A DNA stretch of 63,549 nucleotides, counting the filler, from Octopus bimaculoides (Eukaryota): assembly GCF_001194135.2 (NCBI RefSeq). It is 6 parts of 6 records of this genome, joined end to end, with 100 filler letters (N's around TTAATTAATTAA, not from the genome) between each part and the next. Parts side by side here need not be neighbours in the genome. Positions count along the whole stretch, not along the records: positions 22,457 to 46,969 come from NC_068985.1; 5 more parts are not named here. One strand, given 5' to 3'. The notes beneath the pieces are model-generated. The model ran no database searches. It was not told the origin of the DNA and saw nothing but the letters and a program-made list of their open reading frames with translations. This document shows positions 29,057 to 42,589 of the stretch, in pieces. The translations under genes and the position numbers were made by a program. The first letter of the stretch is position 1; every line of letters begins with the position of its first letter.

Positions 29057-29288
29057 AGCTGGTGAAAATAGAAGGAAATAGGAATAACGTATCGTGTATG
29101 CTGATTTCCACGTCACGCAACATTTTCAGAGACGCAATGTGCCCGGAAGACATTTGCAATTCCAACTGATTACAAATTCTTTTCGGCACCCAACATTCTA
29201 TAAGCAGACTCTTAACTGTAAGTCCTTCCCAATGGATAAGTATGAATTAATAAGGTAGCAAATTGGACGTCAAACTTTAAGTACTTAC

Positions 29289-29450
29289 CCTTCGTGTTTC
29301 GTCAGCACAATTGGCTGAATTTTCTGCTCTGGCGAGCAGAACTGATAATTTCATTAACAATCGCATAACCATGAGTAAATCTTCAATATAAGCTCGATAT
29401 TTATTTTTCTCTTGTGGATTATCACACAGTTCTTCCAAAGAATTAAGGAT
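29289..29450 (-). CDS. Shroom: Shroom ASD2 exon (ILNSLEELCDNPQEKNKYRAYIEDLLMVMRLLMKLSVLLARAENSANCADETRR)
   Basis: ttgtttgcag acceptor, AGG|GTAAGT donor, 162 nt; aligns by eye with [35 protein letters not shown]. Confidence 0.92.
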
Positions 29451-30986
29451 CTGCAAACAAAACAAACCATATTAAATTGATTTCAAATTTTGGCACAAGA
29501 TCAGTAATTTCTGGGGAGGGATAAGTTGATTACATTGACCCCAGTGCTCGATTGGCACTTACTTTATCGACCCAGAAAGGATGAAAGTCAAAGTCGACCT
29601 CGGCAGAATTTGAGTTCAGAACATGAAGACGACGAACAAAATGCCGCAAAGCTCAGTGTGCTTAACTATTCTGCCAGCTCGCCAGTTTACAGATCATATT
29701 AATTTGCAGGGAAAAGACAGAACTACTTCATAAATGAACGTCTCCCTCAGCACGCACGCACACACATACACACACAAAGTGAATATAATAAAGTGTAAAT
29801 TTGCTTCGCTGACGAGATCTAATAAAACCAAAGACGCCTGTAGATGTCACAATGTCACGTACTAGAAAAAATAAAGTCATATACTCCACTACATTCTACT
29901 TTTAATTAAAATTCTTGAGTTGTTTCTTCTGTTTTTCTTCCTTCATTATGAGCATAATTCTAATTAATAAAAATTTCTTGCACACTATATGTTAGCGGCT
30001 AATTTACTATTTAATGATCATAATCTCGGATTTCGTTACCAGTGAATTAAGTTTAATCTACACAATTGTTGAAGAGGAAAATAGCTATTTTACAAGTGAT
30101 GCTAAGAGAAACGTCGCCAAGCATTGTGTCCGGCGTGTTAACGATTCTGCCGGCTCACCATCGTGAGGCATATTTATATTATTATATGTATTAAAATATA
30201 TATACAACGAAATTCCTCACAATCTTAGGTTTCCAAATTACATAAGGAAGTGGTCAACAGGAGGCTATGGTAGAAGACAATTGATGAATTACTTCTCAGT
30301 GGGGTCGAACTTGGAACCACATTGTTGAAAGCGAAATTTTTAACCACAAAGCGTGCCTGAGTACTTCCCCCTTCAAACTCTTCCTACAGAAAGAAGTGGA
30401 TTACGTATTATGAGCTAGATAAGCGTTCGTCAATTTTTCAAACCCGTTTACCCTACGGTGCATTAACCCTACTTGCAATGACTCTGACAATATTGTGATA
30501 CGAAGGAGGGTCTCTTAGAAATATTATTGCCAAGAATGTAGACCAAACAAATAACAATCTCAGTCTTTTCTGAGAAGATATTTCGAGCAACGCTATCGTT
30601 AGATTGGGGAAATGATAACAATAAAAGAAAACAAAATCTAAACTAAAAGAAAACAGGAGAGATGAGCTATCATAAAGAGGTTGGTATCGAAAGTGAAACC
30701 TTCAAAATGAGATACAAATTTGTTTTTGTATATAAATACTGGGTTAAAAGTATGCAATTTCGAGAAACACATTTCACTTTCAAACGTACAACACAAAGTG
30801 TTTATTGTGTATCTATATTTTATATTTATAGATGGTAACATCAGATTTGGTGCTATATGATTAATGTTATGTTTATAACTCATATAATAAGCCAGTCTCT
30901 ATAGGCAAAGAAGAGAAACTATTTTTGAACGCTATAGTTATTTTTTGTACAAGAATGTTATTTACTCGCATTAAATTAAAGATACA

Positions 30987-31635
30987 GGATCTATTTTAAA
31001 ACGGGGGCGCCAGTTTTCATTTATGTTTTATGTAGTGTTTTTGGTACGGAAAGACTTTCAAACTTCGTATACTTATCTATTTTGTGTTATAGAACAGAAA
31101 AATATTTTTGTATTCGAATTTATTTCATGTAAAAAATTGTCTTATTTCGATAATTTCTACTAATCACTGACGTCTATTCAGTTGAAAACAGTTAGCGCTG
31201 TAACGGTGTATATCGTATTAATCCCCTAACCCTAACCCTAACTAGACTGTTAACCGTAACCGTAACCCTAACCCTAACTCTAGAATCCGAACTCTAAAAT
31301 TGTTACACACATAGATACGCACAGCGTAATTTATTATATAAACAATATATGCGTATAAATTACGATTAAACCGGATGAAATATGTCACAGGGAATAACAT
31401 TTTTATGACCGCCCAGCAGTAACTCTATTGAGCTGAATAGACGTCAGTGATTGGTTGAAATTACAGAAATACGACAACTTTAACATGGAATAACTTGCGA
31501 ATTCCTTTTTTTTGTTAAGAAGACTAAGAGTAAAAGATGTTTTATATGACACATTCTACCAGTATCCCAAGTTTCAAAGTGTTTCGTTAGTGTTTCGTTA
31601 AGAAAATACTGGCGCCCCCGTTTTAAAATAGATCC
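30987..31635. mobile_element. Non-autonomous DNA transposon (Merlin-like) with telomeric-repeat core
   Basis: 28-bp TIR GGATCTATTTTAAAACGGGGGCGCCAGT; perfect 8-bp TSD aagataca at 30979-30986 and 31636-31643. Confidence 0.88.
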
Positions 31636-31656
31636 AAGATACATAACAACAACAGC

Positions 31657-31688
<32 letters not shown>

Positions 31689-31955
31689 CCTTTCTACTAA
31701 AGATACGAGGCCTGAAATTTGTAGGGTGGCGGTCTAGCCGATTACATTGAATCTTGCTCTTAGCTGGGACTTATATTATCGACCCTGAAATGACGAGAGG
31801 CAAAGCTGATCTCGTTGACATTTATGCTCAGAATTCTGCCAGTTCATAATCATAACAGTGATGGCTATTCTCACCATCATCGTCGCCATTATCATCATCT
31901 CCACTACTATAAGGAATTTTGTTTTAGGATAAATAAAGAATGTTTCGAAACCCAC

Positions 31956-32057
31956 CTTTTCTCCTAAATTATTGATATCTTTGGTCTCTCGTTCAATGGT
32001 TTGTTTGACGACTTGTAGAGCTTCTAGTTTTTTTCGAATGGACTCTTTCAGTTCTTC
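31956..32057 (-). CDS. Shroom: Shroom ASD2 exon (EELKESIRKKLEALQVVKQTIERETKDINNLGEK)
   Basis: cttacaacag acceptor, AAG|GTGGGT donor, 102 nt; resembles the vertebrate Shroom EELIESISRKLQVL...NNALG segment as I recall it. Confidence 0.9.
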
Positions 32058-33899
32058 CTGTTGTAAGAAGATTAGAATAGTGAATTAGAGAAAAAAAAAA
32101 ACAAAAAAAGAAAATCTACGCATCACCCCACCCAGATGTTTTGAAAGGTTTCGTACTGCGTAAGAGCATCTGCTCTTTTCACACAAATGTTTGAAAAGTT
32201 GAAAACACCGAAAGCACGTAAACAATACGAAAACTTCCTTTTAAAACGTTTGTGTAATTAAAAAAAAAAATAGTTTTACAATGATTAATAATATTTAACT
32301 TCAAAATCTTCCTCGAAATATTGGTTTCAAACTTTGGTACAATGCCAGCNNNNNNNNNNNNNNNNNNNNNNNNNNNNNNNNNNNNNNNNNNNNNNNNNNN
32401 NNNNNNNNNNNNNNNNNNNNNNNNNNNNNNNNNNNNNNNNNNNNNNNNNNNNNNNNNNNNNNNNNNNNNNNNNNNCCAGCATTCTAGTGGGAGGGGAAGA
32501 GTCGAATTCATCGATACCCAGCGCTCAACTGGTACTTATTTTACTGACCCCGAGAGGAAGAAAGTCAAAATCGACATCGGTGAAATTTGAACTCAGAATG
32601 TAAAAACGAACGAAATACCGCTAAGCATTTTGCCCAGCTTGTTTAATGAGTCTGCCAGCTTGCCACCTTCAATTCTTTCTCGTGGTTGAGAACTAGGGTT
32701 AATATAATAGACTTATTCCCTCCTCCGAAATTGCTGGCCATGTGCTAAAATTTGAAATCAATATTAATATATATTCACACACACACGCACACACAAATTT
32801 TGATAGATATCAGGGGCGTATACTCGGGGAGTCCAAGGTGAGCGTTGCAAAGTACCAAAGATAGTAAATTTTCTCTACAATAATTCTGTTCTTGCAGTAT
32901 CATGGCATAATCTGGTCGTGATTTGTTTTTCAACTCTAATAATACACTCTCAAAAACAAAGATAAAATCATTTTGAAGTCGTATTAAGTATAGAAACAGC
33001 TTGCTGTTTGTATGTTTATACTTATGCCAGACGAGTAGGTTCAGCACGGTTGCACAACAAGTGACAACAACCATCCTATCCCATGTGTGTGTGTGTGTGT
33101 GTGAGTGCACGCGCGCACGTGCATGTGTTTGTGTATATATATTTATATATATATGCACATACACATGCACACATGCATATATGAGCACACTACTCAGAAC
33201 AAAATATTGTGATACACGAAACACAAGCTAAAACAGGTTCGTGTGCATACATATACATGTGGCGTCTCATATTTCCACATAATCACATACATAATTACAT
33301 ATACATGGGTATATACACATATGTGCGTATATGCCAACAAAATATATACATATACAAAAATGAAAAAATAAACAAGTTAAACACGTGTGCCTATTTATAT
33401 TTGCACACGAGCACACATGTATAACAAACAAAAATACACATGTAAAAACATATATACATCAACATTTACACACACACACACACATATACATGTATACAAA
33501 CACGTACATATATCGTCATAGCATATGCGCACATATATAAACAAGAATAGGAAACTGGGAGTAACTTGAACAGAATCAACTTCGAATAAACATTATTCTT
33601 ATGTGTACTGAGTACTTACTTGCATACAAATGCATTTCACATCAGTGTGATACCACTATCCACCCCTCTCTCTTTCTCTATCCTTTATCTGTCTGTTTGT
33701 GCAGTGAATTAGTAAAGTTACTTGAGCGAACTGTGGAATGCTTTGTGATATTTGTTTCGGCTTTCTCTGCACCGAGTTCGAATTCTGCCAATACCTTTTC
33801 TGCCTTCTGTACATCTGTAGTAGATAAGTACTGAATCAGCCTGGTCGGTGGATTGGCAAAATTGTTAGTGCGTCATAGGAGATGCCATGTTTTATGAGT

Positions 33900-34730
33900 T
33901 CAAATTCAATCTCCTAACCGACTCGGCTAATGGTGATAACTCTTCAACATCAGACGGAATATTGCGCCAATTGGTGCAAAACCTCGGGGAATAATCCAAA
34001 TCTGCATCTCAGGAAAAATTCTCGCAAGCATACTTTTAAAAAGCTAGGTGTTTCTTCATTGTAGAAGAATACCTATCAGAGAACCAATGCAGATTCAGAG
34101 ACTACAGGAGCACCCCAAATCTGGCATTTGTATTCAGGCAATTCCAAGAGTAGATGTATGGGACAAAACAAGATATTGTATATGATGTTCGTAGAGCTTA
34201 ACAAAGCCTTCGACACTGAGGAGAAAGTGTCTGTGGAGAATCGTGGAATGAGTGGGATGCACTATGCCTGTCTTTCTGTATGGTCCAGAGTTGTGGACTA
34301 CCTGCAGTCACCATCTTTGACTCATTGAACTCTTCCATCAGCGCTGCCTCCGCTCCGTCCCCACCACCCACTGGTGGGACTTTGTTACCAGCATTGATGC
34401 CCTCGAAAGGAAGAGGTTAGAAATACCGAGATCATGCAGTTAAAGTCGCAGCTTAAAGGTACAAGTCATACAACACTCTGCTCAAGATAATGATGCATGG
34501 CGAACTCTCTCCCTGCTAGCTATCATAACAGAGCGGCACCAAAGAAAATGTTATAAGGATTCTCTTAAGAAATCCCTTGGTGTTAGTCAGTATAACCATC
34601 GCCAGTGGTCTGCTATAGCGTCCATTAGTTTGTCTCATCCACCGGGAATGCATGCAGAGTTGACCTTCAGTACAAAAGGAGATTGTAGAGGAATCGTGAC
34701 ACAGCAGTAAAGGACACCGAACAGTATTTT
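33900..34730 (+). mobile_element. Decayed RTE-clade LINE fragment
   Basis: GKILASILLK, ENQCRFR and LYMMFVELNKAFDT RT motifs; followed by (AAT)n at about 34760. Confidence 0.75.
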
Positions 34731-34760
34731 ACCCTTGTAATTTGCTGAATGAAAGATGTG

Positions 34761-34824
<64 letters not shown>

Positions 34825-35035
34825 TTTCAAATTTTGGCACAAGACCAGCAAGTTCGCGGGATGGGGTAAGTCGATTACATCGACCCCAAAGTTCGAGTGG
34901 TACTTGTTTTATCGACCCAGAAAGGGATGAAAGACCTAGTCGATCTCGGTGGAATTGAACTCAGAACGTAAAGACGGATGAAATGCAGTTAAGTATTTTG
35001 CCCAGCGTGCTAGTGATTCTGCCAGCTCACTGCCT
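34825..35035 (-). mobile_element. SINE family 1 copy (further minus copies near 18205-18410, 21525-21700, 23445-23640, 24160-24340, 29480-29690, 32320-32670)
   Basis: ttcaaattttggcacaag...gtcgattacatcgacccc...ctgccagctc shared among copies; boundaries approximate. Confidence 0.85.
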
Positions 35036-35050
35036 TAGATATAATAGTAA

Positions 35051-35260
35051 TACAGTAATCCATCGACTATCGTGGGTGTTACGTTCCAAACATCCCTGCG
35101 ATAGGTGAAAATCCGCGAAGTAGAAACAGTACAGTATATATTTTTTATTATTTTTATAATTTGTATATATTTATTTTATTATAAACGCGAAACAGCACCA
35201 CGGAAGAATCGACGTAAACTTAAATGATAAACCGCGATAGGTTAGAGATTACCGTAATGA
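35051..35260 (+). mobile_element. Truncated pogo/Tigger-like MITE
   Basis: TA-cagtaatccatcg...ccgcga end resembles Tigger-type termini; the other end was not found. Confidence 0.45.
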
Positions 35261-36502
35261 TAAACGGATAGATATAAATTTCTGTGTGCTTGTGTATATA
35301 ATACGGAACAAGATGCAAACAATCGAAGTTGCGGTTTCAATCACAAATTGAAATCATCTAATTTCAGTTATAGTGCTTATTACCTTTAGCAAGGCATGCT
35401 TATCACAACTTATTTCCGTACATTTGGTGAAAAGAAACATACATACTCAACTTATAGTCTGCATAACAGTTGAAAACAGAGCAAAAAATATCTAATACTT
35501 AAAGCAAGAACAGGAAGGAAAAAAAGTAGAATATACAAGAAAAAAAAATGCTGCTACTACTGTTACAATAACAACCGAGACATACATTGAACACATAGCT
35601 GTGTCTAATGACCTCGAAAATATTTGCAACTATCAAAATGTTTATTGAAAGTGGACAAAATAGGATTTGTTTAGCAGCTATATATAGAATAATTGCCTAT
35701 TTTAAGTGCCTTACCCATCTACCGATGCTATAAACGCTGCCATCATTGCCAAGTACCAGTATAATTTGGTTAATGTCAGCCGAAACTGCTGTTGGATCTG
35801 TTAGAAATACCAGTCACATCATCCTCAAATTAAACCCTAGTATCTTAAAAACAAAAATAAAAGGGATACACACACACACACACGCATATATTCTTTTATT
35901 TGTTTTAGTAATTGGACTGCGGCCATGCTGGGACACCACCTTGAATTTAGAACGAATCGACCCCGGTACTTTTTAAAATATTTTTTAAAGTCCAGTACTT
36001 ATTCTATCGTTCTATTTTGCTGAACCGCTAAGTTACGGGGGCGTAAACACACAAACACCGGTTGTCAAGCGGTGATGAGGACAAACACACGCACGTGCGC
36101 GCGCACACACACACATATACATACGACGAGCTTCTTTTAGTTTCCGTTTACTAAATCCACTCACAAGGATTTGGTCGGCCCGAGACTATTGCCCAAAGTG
36201 CCAGGCAATGAGACTTATCCCGGAACCATGCAGCTGGAAAGCAAGCATTTTACCACACAACCTCGCTTGCGCCGATATGTATATATATCTTTTATCCCTT
36301 ACTCATTTTAGTCCTTGGACTGCAGCCATGCTGGGACACCGCTTTAAAAGGTTTAGTCAAAGAAATCGACACTAGTCCTTATTTTTTAAACCTGGTAATA
36401 TTCTATCGGTTTCTTTTGCCGAACAGCTAGGTTTACGGGGACGTAAAAGAACAACTCAGCACCGGTTGTCAAACGGAGGGAAAGGGAACCCGCGTGCGCG
36501 CG

Positions 36503-36553
<51 letters not shown>

Positions 36554-37350
36554 CACACACACACATGATGGGCATCTTCAGTTTCTGTCAATCAAATCAA
36601 TTCGCAAGGCTTTGGTCGGCCCGAGATTATAGTGGAAGACACTTGCTCAAGGTGCCATATGGTTAGGAAAGAAACTTCGCACCACTCAGCCACGCCTGCG
36701 CNNNNNNNNNNNNNNNNNNNNNNNNNNNNNNNNNNNNNNNNNNNNNNNNNNNNNNNNNNNNNNNNNNNNNNNNNNNNNNNNNNNNNNNNNNNNNNNNNNN
36801 NNNNNNNNNNNNNNNNNNNNNNNNNNNNNNNNNNNNNNNNNNNNNNNNNNNNNNNNNNNNNNNNNNNNNNNNNNNNNNNNNNNNNNNNNNNNNNNNNNNN
36901 NNNNNNNNNNNNNNNNNNNNNNNNNNNNNNNNNNNNNNNNNNNNNNNNNNNNNNNNNNNNNNNNNNNNNNNNNNNNNNNNNNNNNNNNNNNNNNNNNNNN
37001 NNNNNNNNNNNNNNNNNNNNNNNNNNNNNNNNNNNNNNNNNNNNNNNNNNNNNNNNNNNNNNNNNNNNNNNNNNNNNNNNNNNNNNNNNNNNNNNNNNNN
37101 NNNNNNNNNNNNNNNNNNNNNNNNNNNNNNNNNNNNNNNNNNNNNNNNNNNNNNNNNNNNNNNNNNNNNNNNNNNNNNNNNNNNNNNNNNNNNNNNNNNN
37201 NNNNNNNNNNNNNNNNNNNNNNNNNNNNNNNNNNNNNNNNNNNNNNNNNNNNNNNNNNNNNNNNNNNNNNNNNNNNNNNNNNNNNNNNNNNNNNNNNNNN
37301 NNNNNNNNNNNNNNNNNNNNNNNNNNNACATAAAAATAGCGCATACATAC

Positions 37351-37435
37351 CTTTTTCTTTAGAATACAGTTATCATCAACCTTGTTGTCTTGTTGATCTG
37401 GGGTTGGAGCTTCTTTCGAAATCACATCTGTAGAA
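37351..37435 (-). CDS. Shroom: Shroom exon (C STDVISKEAPTPDQQDNKVDDNCILKKK), phase 2 to 0
   Basis: tttatttcag acceptor, AAG|GTATGT donor, 85 nt; the phases bridge the 45.3-kb and 32.0-kb exons; ends in KKK just before the ASD2 EEL motif. Confidence 0.85.
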
Positions 37436-37544
37436 CTGAAATAAATAAAAAATGAAACTGAGTTATGGCATTAAGCAGGTGTAACCAGACTTGCCTTCAC
37501 ATAAGAGCCACATACAATAATCTTCAGATGTTCGAAAGCTGTTT

Positions 37545-37582
<38 letters not shown>

Positions 37583-39807
37583 ATGATAGGATGCATGCGT
37601 TGTGCTGGTAGTAAGACGCACGTTTACAGGTAGCTAATATTGGTTCTAAGATCGGCTCAAGGCCTGAAATTTGGAATAGGAAGTTAGTTGATTAAGTCGG
37701 CTTCCGTACTTGACTGGAGTTCTATTTCATTGATTACTGAAAGGATGAAAAACAAAGTTGAGTTCAGTGTGATTTAAACTCAGAACAAATACATCAAAGT
37801 ATTTTGATCGTCTCTCTTAGAATCTGCTAATCCACCGCTTTATACACACACACACACACACATATGTATAAATAAGTAGATACATGAATGTGTAACTCTT
37901 CTGGATAAAATGTGTGGTCTACGACTGTGAAGAAGTACGCAGGTGAGCGATCCTTTAACATTATACGTTTAGGTGAACTTAGCAAAAAACTTACATTAAT
38001 ATACTTCGGTTTTCATAAAGATGACGGGTTAGCTATATACGAAAAGCACTAGTAGACATAAATTAGATATATTAAAGAACATTAATCTACACATTCAGTA
38101 CTTTTAACCTTAAAATAGCTATAGCTACTGACTGTAAAGTTAATTTCCTCGACAGCATTCTAGATTTAACCACCTTTAAGAAGTTGAATAAAAGATTAGT
38201 CTTATTAGCATAAAACCATACTATTCGGCCATAGTTCTTAAAAACCTAATATATAATATTACATGAGTGAGTTAAAATTTGTCTTCAAATAAATCTTTGA
38301 TAAACACTCCCTACAAGAATAATGTCTAATAAGCTTGTGGCTGCAAGGATAAACTTACCAACTCTTTCTAAATCCCCACCTCCCAACTAAAAAAAAAAAG
38401 CTGTCGCAAAATCATATAGTTTACACACACCGTTTCACTTAAAGTTACACCTAATATTGCTTTCTAACCTTAACAGATAAACATTTCTCTAAAAACAGCA
38501 AGTATAGAAAACTATTTTAGTAAGCAGAATCTTAAATCAAGCCACAGTTATACCTACCACACACGTAAAGAGCATAATATTACATGCATTCCCAATAGAC
38601 CTGAGTCATGTTCAGGCAGAAGCATCAATGCGTGCTCTCTAAATGTATTGCAACGCAGAAGCTATTATTACAAATGTGATGTTACCACTATATATCCAAA
38701 CTTTGATGCGACACATACATCTGCATGACTGAAGACAAATTTAAGAGTAGATTCTGCAACCTTACTTTTTCTTTCACTAGTATATAGAAGAAAATTGCAA
38801 CAATACTAACCTGTTACTTCTATCACTAAGAAGGAAAAACTTTTAATTAATGAAAAGGAAGATAAAAAAACACAAAATCCTATGAGTATGGAATTATAAG
38901 ATGTTATTTTTGAACGGTAAAGGAACGGTTCACACCTAAAAATCTACATAACCATGATATTTATTTAAACACCAGGTCCAAATACTTTCGCAAAACAAAG
39001 GCACTTTGAGAACCAACTATTAGATAAGCGAGACACACCGCTTCTCCTCCCTTCCTTCGAGCACGCAAGCATGTATTATATATGTGTGTGTGTGTACTTG
39101 GCGCGCGCTCATGCGTATGTATGCATGCACATGTGACAGGATGGTTTTGATAATATGTTGGATGGCCCAGAGATGATTTGGAGCCAAATAATAACAAATG
39201 AAATCTTTTTGCTTGTGTAGGACACTTATTGAAAGTATTCCCACATATTAAAACAGTTCTGGATGAGCTAATTAGAAACTTAAGAGAAGACAAATAAACC
39301 ACCGATAATGATAAATAAAATAACTTTTAGGAGTGCATTTCAAGCAAACTTCTATCAACTTTCTTAATTCAAACTAAGAGTCGGGATAATGTTGCTATCT
39401 CAAAATAATAACGAGCAAGTAAGCAAATTTTTGAGAGGAATTTTTCACAGCAACCCATTGTTAACTCGATGGTGTTATTAAAAACAAAAAAACAAAAAAA
39501 TTATCCTAAATTTATCTTTGTTGAAATCAATATTTGCCGAAGATATTCTACTGTCAAAACATTCCCCTCTTTTTAATCTAGTTTGTTTAAACAAGGCATA
39601 TATNNNNNNNNNNNNNNNNNNNNNNNNNNNNNNNNNNNNNNNNNNNNNNNNNNNNNNNNNNNNNNNNNNNNNNNNNNNNNNNNNNNNNNNNNNNNNNNNN
39701 NNNNNNNNNNNNNNNNNNNNNNNNNNNNNNNNNNNNNNNNNNNNNNNNNNNNNNNNNNNNNNNNNNNNNNNNNNNNNNNNNNNNNNNNNNNNNNNTGTGT
39801 GTGTGCA

Positions 39808-39842
<35 letters not shown>

Positions 39843-40622
39843 TGTTTGCTATTTTAAGTGACATTACTAGAATGTGTCAAATCTGAATAAGTTGTTGTTC
39901 ACCATTTTATCTTCTGTCGGCAGTTGTATGTGTCAGACCAAGCTAGCGTCGAAATTTTTACCATGACCTTTAGAATCATTCAATGGTTTGAGAGGCAATA
40001 ACTAAATACTTATACATACATACATACATACATACATACAATTATATAAATAAAATAATCAGATAAAATTAGAAGAGAAGCGAGCCAGGAGCAGACGGAA
40101 TTTATAAAAGGTTTAGTTATTCTAAAGAACATTAGCTCGACACGGCTGTTAACTGATGGAACCACAAGATTGAGATGGCAACTGGCTTTCAAAAATTATT
40201 CTGATAAGCGTATTTTGAAAGAACAAAAGGCATTTAGTGTTCCTGAAATAATACATCTCAGACTGATTAATTGACCGTATTAGAAGAGCTATGATTTATA
40301 TATCTGTCTAGTGAATGTTACTAATGGGTAGATGTTAACTAGTAAGTAACCTCCAGCATTTATATAATACAACTTTCAGTAGATCTTGTAAATAAGTAAC
40401 CCTTGTTAAGCACGCCACTTAATTAAAGCAGTGAGGCTGAAGTGTTAGGTTTCTCAATATAGGTTTTATATGTCGGTATGCATTTTATTTTCTTCATCTG
40501 CTACCATAAGTACGTGGATGAAAGACAGAAAAACTCTCGTATGGAGAAAAATTTCACGTTCTAAAAATATAACCGTTTCTAATATAGACACAAGGCCACA
40601 GATTGAAATTGAGAGATTAAAC

Positions 40623-40880
40623 CAGTGGTTCTCAACAATATTTTGCCTTTGGACCCTTTAAATTCCTCTTTTATTTGGGTGGACTCTCAAAGTCATTCGA
40701 TGTTTAAAAATTCCTATTATATCTTTTTAATTAGATATTATTTGGAATTGTATTAAAAATTGTTAAAATATTTTTTAGTGTATTGTAGAAGTATATCCAA
40801 TTTATTGTACATAATTTTTAACAACGAACTCCTATATGGACCCTCGAGGACTATATGAATCCTGGTTGAGAGAACCACTG
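40623..40880. mobile_element. hAT-type MITE inserted in a decayed SINE
   Basis: TIR cagtggttctcaac / gttgag(ag)aaccactg; 8-bp TSD gattaaac / gattagac (7 of 8 match). Confidence 0.85.
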
Positions 40881-41091
40881 GATTAGACGATTAATTTGAC
40901 ATCAATATTTTACAGTATTTATCCACAAGAATGAAAAGCAAAGTTGACCTCGTACAAAGAACGTAAAGAGCCTTAAATAAATACTGCAATGTAAAGAGCC
41001 TTAAGTAAATACTGCCCTCAATTAAGATATAATCCAATAATTATCAAATTCATCAACAGAGCTTTTTATTAAGACACCCACCCCAAAAAAC

Positions 41092-41300
41092 AGCAACGAG
41101 CTGGCAGAATTGTTAGCACGCAGGGCAAAATGCTTAATAGCATTTCGTCCGTCTTTACATTCTGAGTTCAAATTCCGCCAAGGTCGACTTTGCCTTTCAT
41201 CCTTTGAGGGTCGATAAAATAAGTACCAGTTGTGCATTGGGGTCGATGTAATCGACTTACCTTCAAACTTGCTGACTTTGTGCCAAAATTTGAAATCAAT
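41092..41300 (+). mobile_element. SINE family 1 copy
   Basis: Similar to 60173-60392 along its length. Confidence 0.85.
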
Positions 41301-41915
41301 AAAGAGTACATATGATAAGGACAAGCCTTTAAATATATCACAGACATTACTTTTCTTCGACTAAGTACAATTTTAATGGACGAGGATGAGTAAACATACC
41401 AGCTATGAGTAATGAGTTAGCAAATATCGATCAAATATGACGTGAGTCTGAAAGCAGAAGTCAATCTGAAGCAAACCGTGTCTGTGATAAAAATTGAAAT
41501 CTCTTAAAACTCAGATCAACGAGAAAGCTTTCTGGAGGTCGTTTGACATGCTATTTTTTCGTCACTATCTCATATCACACTCTACCGTCTTAGTAAATAT
41601 AGTTCACTGATATTGTAATAAAGTCCTACAAATACTACGTTTCAATATAAAATTCTTGACAGATATGAGTGCATCGTCTTTTATTATAGGTCTTCTCAAT
41701 TAGGCTAGTCTGGAGATAAACAATAACAACATATGAATGTACACATACACATTCGTGTATTTATGTAGCGTATTTGTTTGGTTTTCGTGTGAAATACTAA
41801 GTGTTTAATAAATATTTGTGAAAGACACATTTAGAGTCTGCTGTAATTGCGTGATGCTAAACTAAATTATTTCCTAATAATTAAAAGTTTTTAAAATGAA
41901 AAAGTCTGTAATGAA

Positions 41916-42065
41916 ATATTGTTTTCTACTCTAGGAACAAAACCTCACATTTTTGGGGAAAGGTAAAGTCGACCTCGGCGGAATTTGAACTCAAAACGTA
42001 AAGACAGACGAAATACCGCTAAGCATTTCGCCCGGTGTGCTAACGTTTCTGCCAGCTCGCCACCT
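41916..42065 (-). mobile_element. SINE family 1 copy with internal deletion
   Basis: Reverse complement of the family 1 head and tail. Confidence 0.85.
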
Positions 42066-42589
42066 TTCTGTAATGAAATATTAAAACAAGTGTCACCTCT
42101 TATAGAACCAACAAAGGAAGAGAACGTCTGTTCTATATTGGACCAATCGAATTTATTATTTTTATTATCACCCCTTAAAGCCCTGATATTTTGATAGTAA
42201 TGTTACAAGGCATCTTTCTATGCGGGGTTCATATAATTCTTTTTTTTTTAGGGGTGTTCACGAATCTAAATAGTAAATTGGGGATCTACAATAGTATTTT
42301 AAGGGGCCCTGGAAAAAATTTTGTTTTAGATATATGTATTGGTATGTATTGCAAGAAACAGCTAGGTTTCCTTCTCTAACATTTTACATGGCTCAGCCTA
42401 CACAAGTTAATGTGTGAAAAACAAAATAGGAATTTGAAAGGAGTTTCTATAAAACTAGTTTCTAAACATCGGGTCCATCGGAATAAAGTAGTAATGAAAG
42501 GGGTCCATAGGTAAAAAGTAATATGGTTGAGAACACCTGATCTGAATGCTTTGCTACTTTCCCCGGTCTGGAGGACGAGAGTGTTGGCA

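Noticed and set aside
31224-31300. CCCTAA repeats as a chromosome end or fusion scar
   Set aside because: Short, degenerate and enclosed by TIRs with a perfect TSD.
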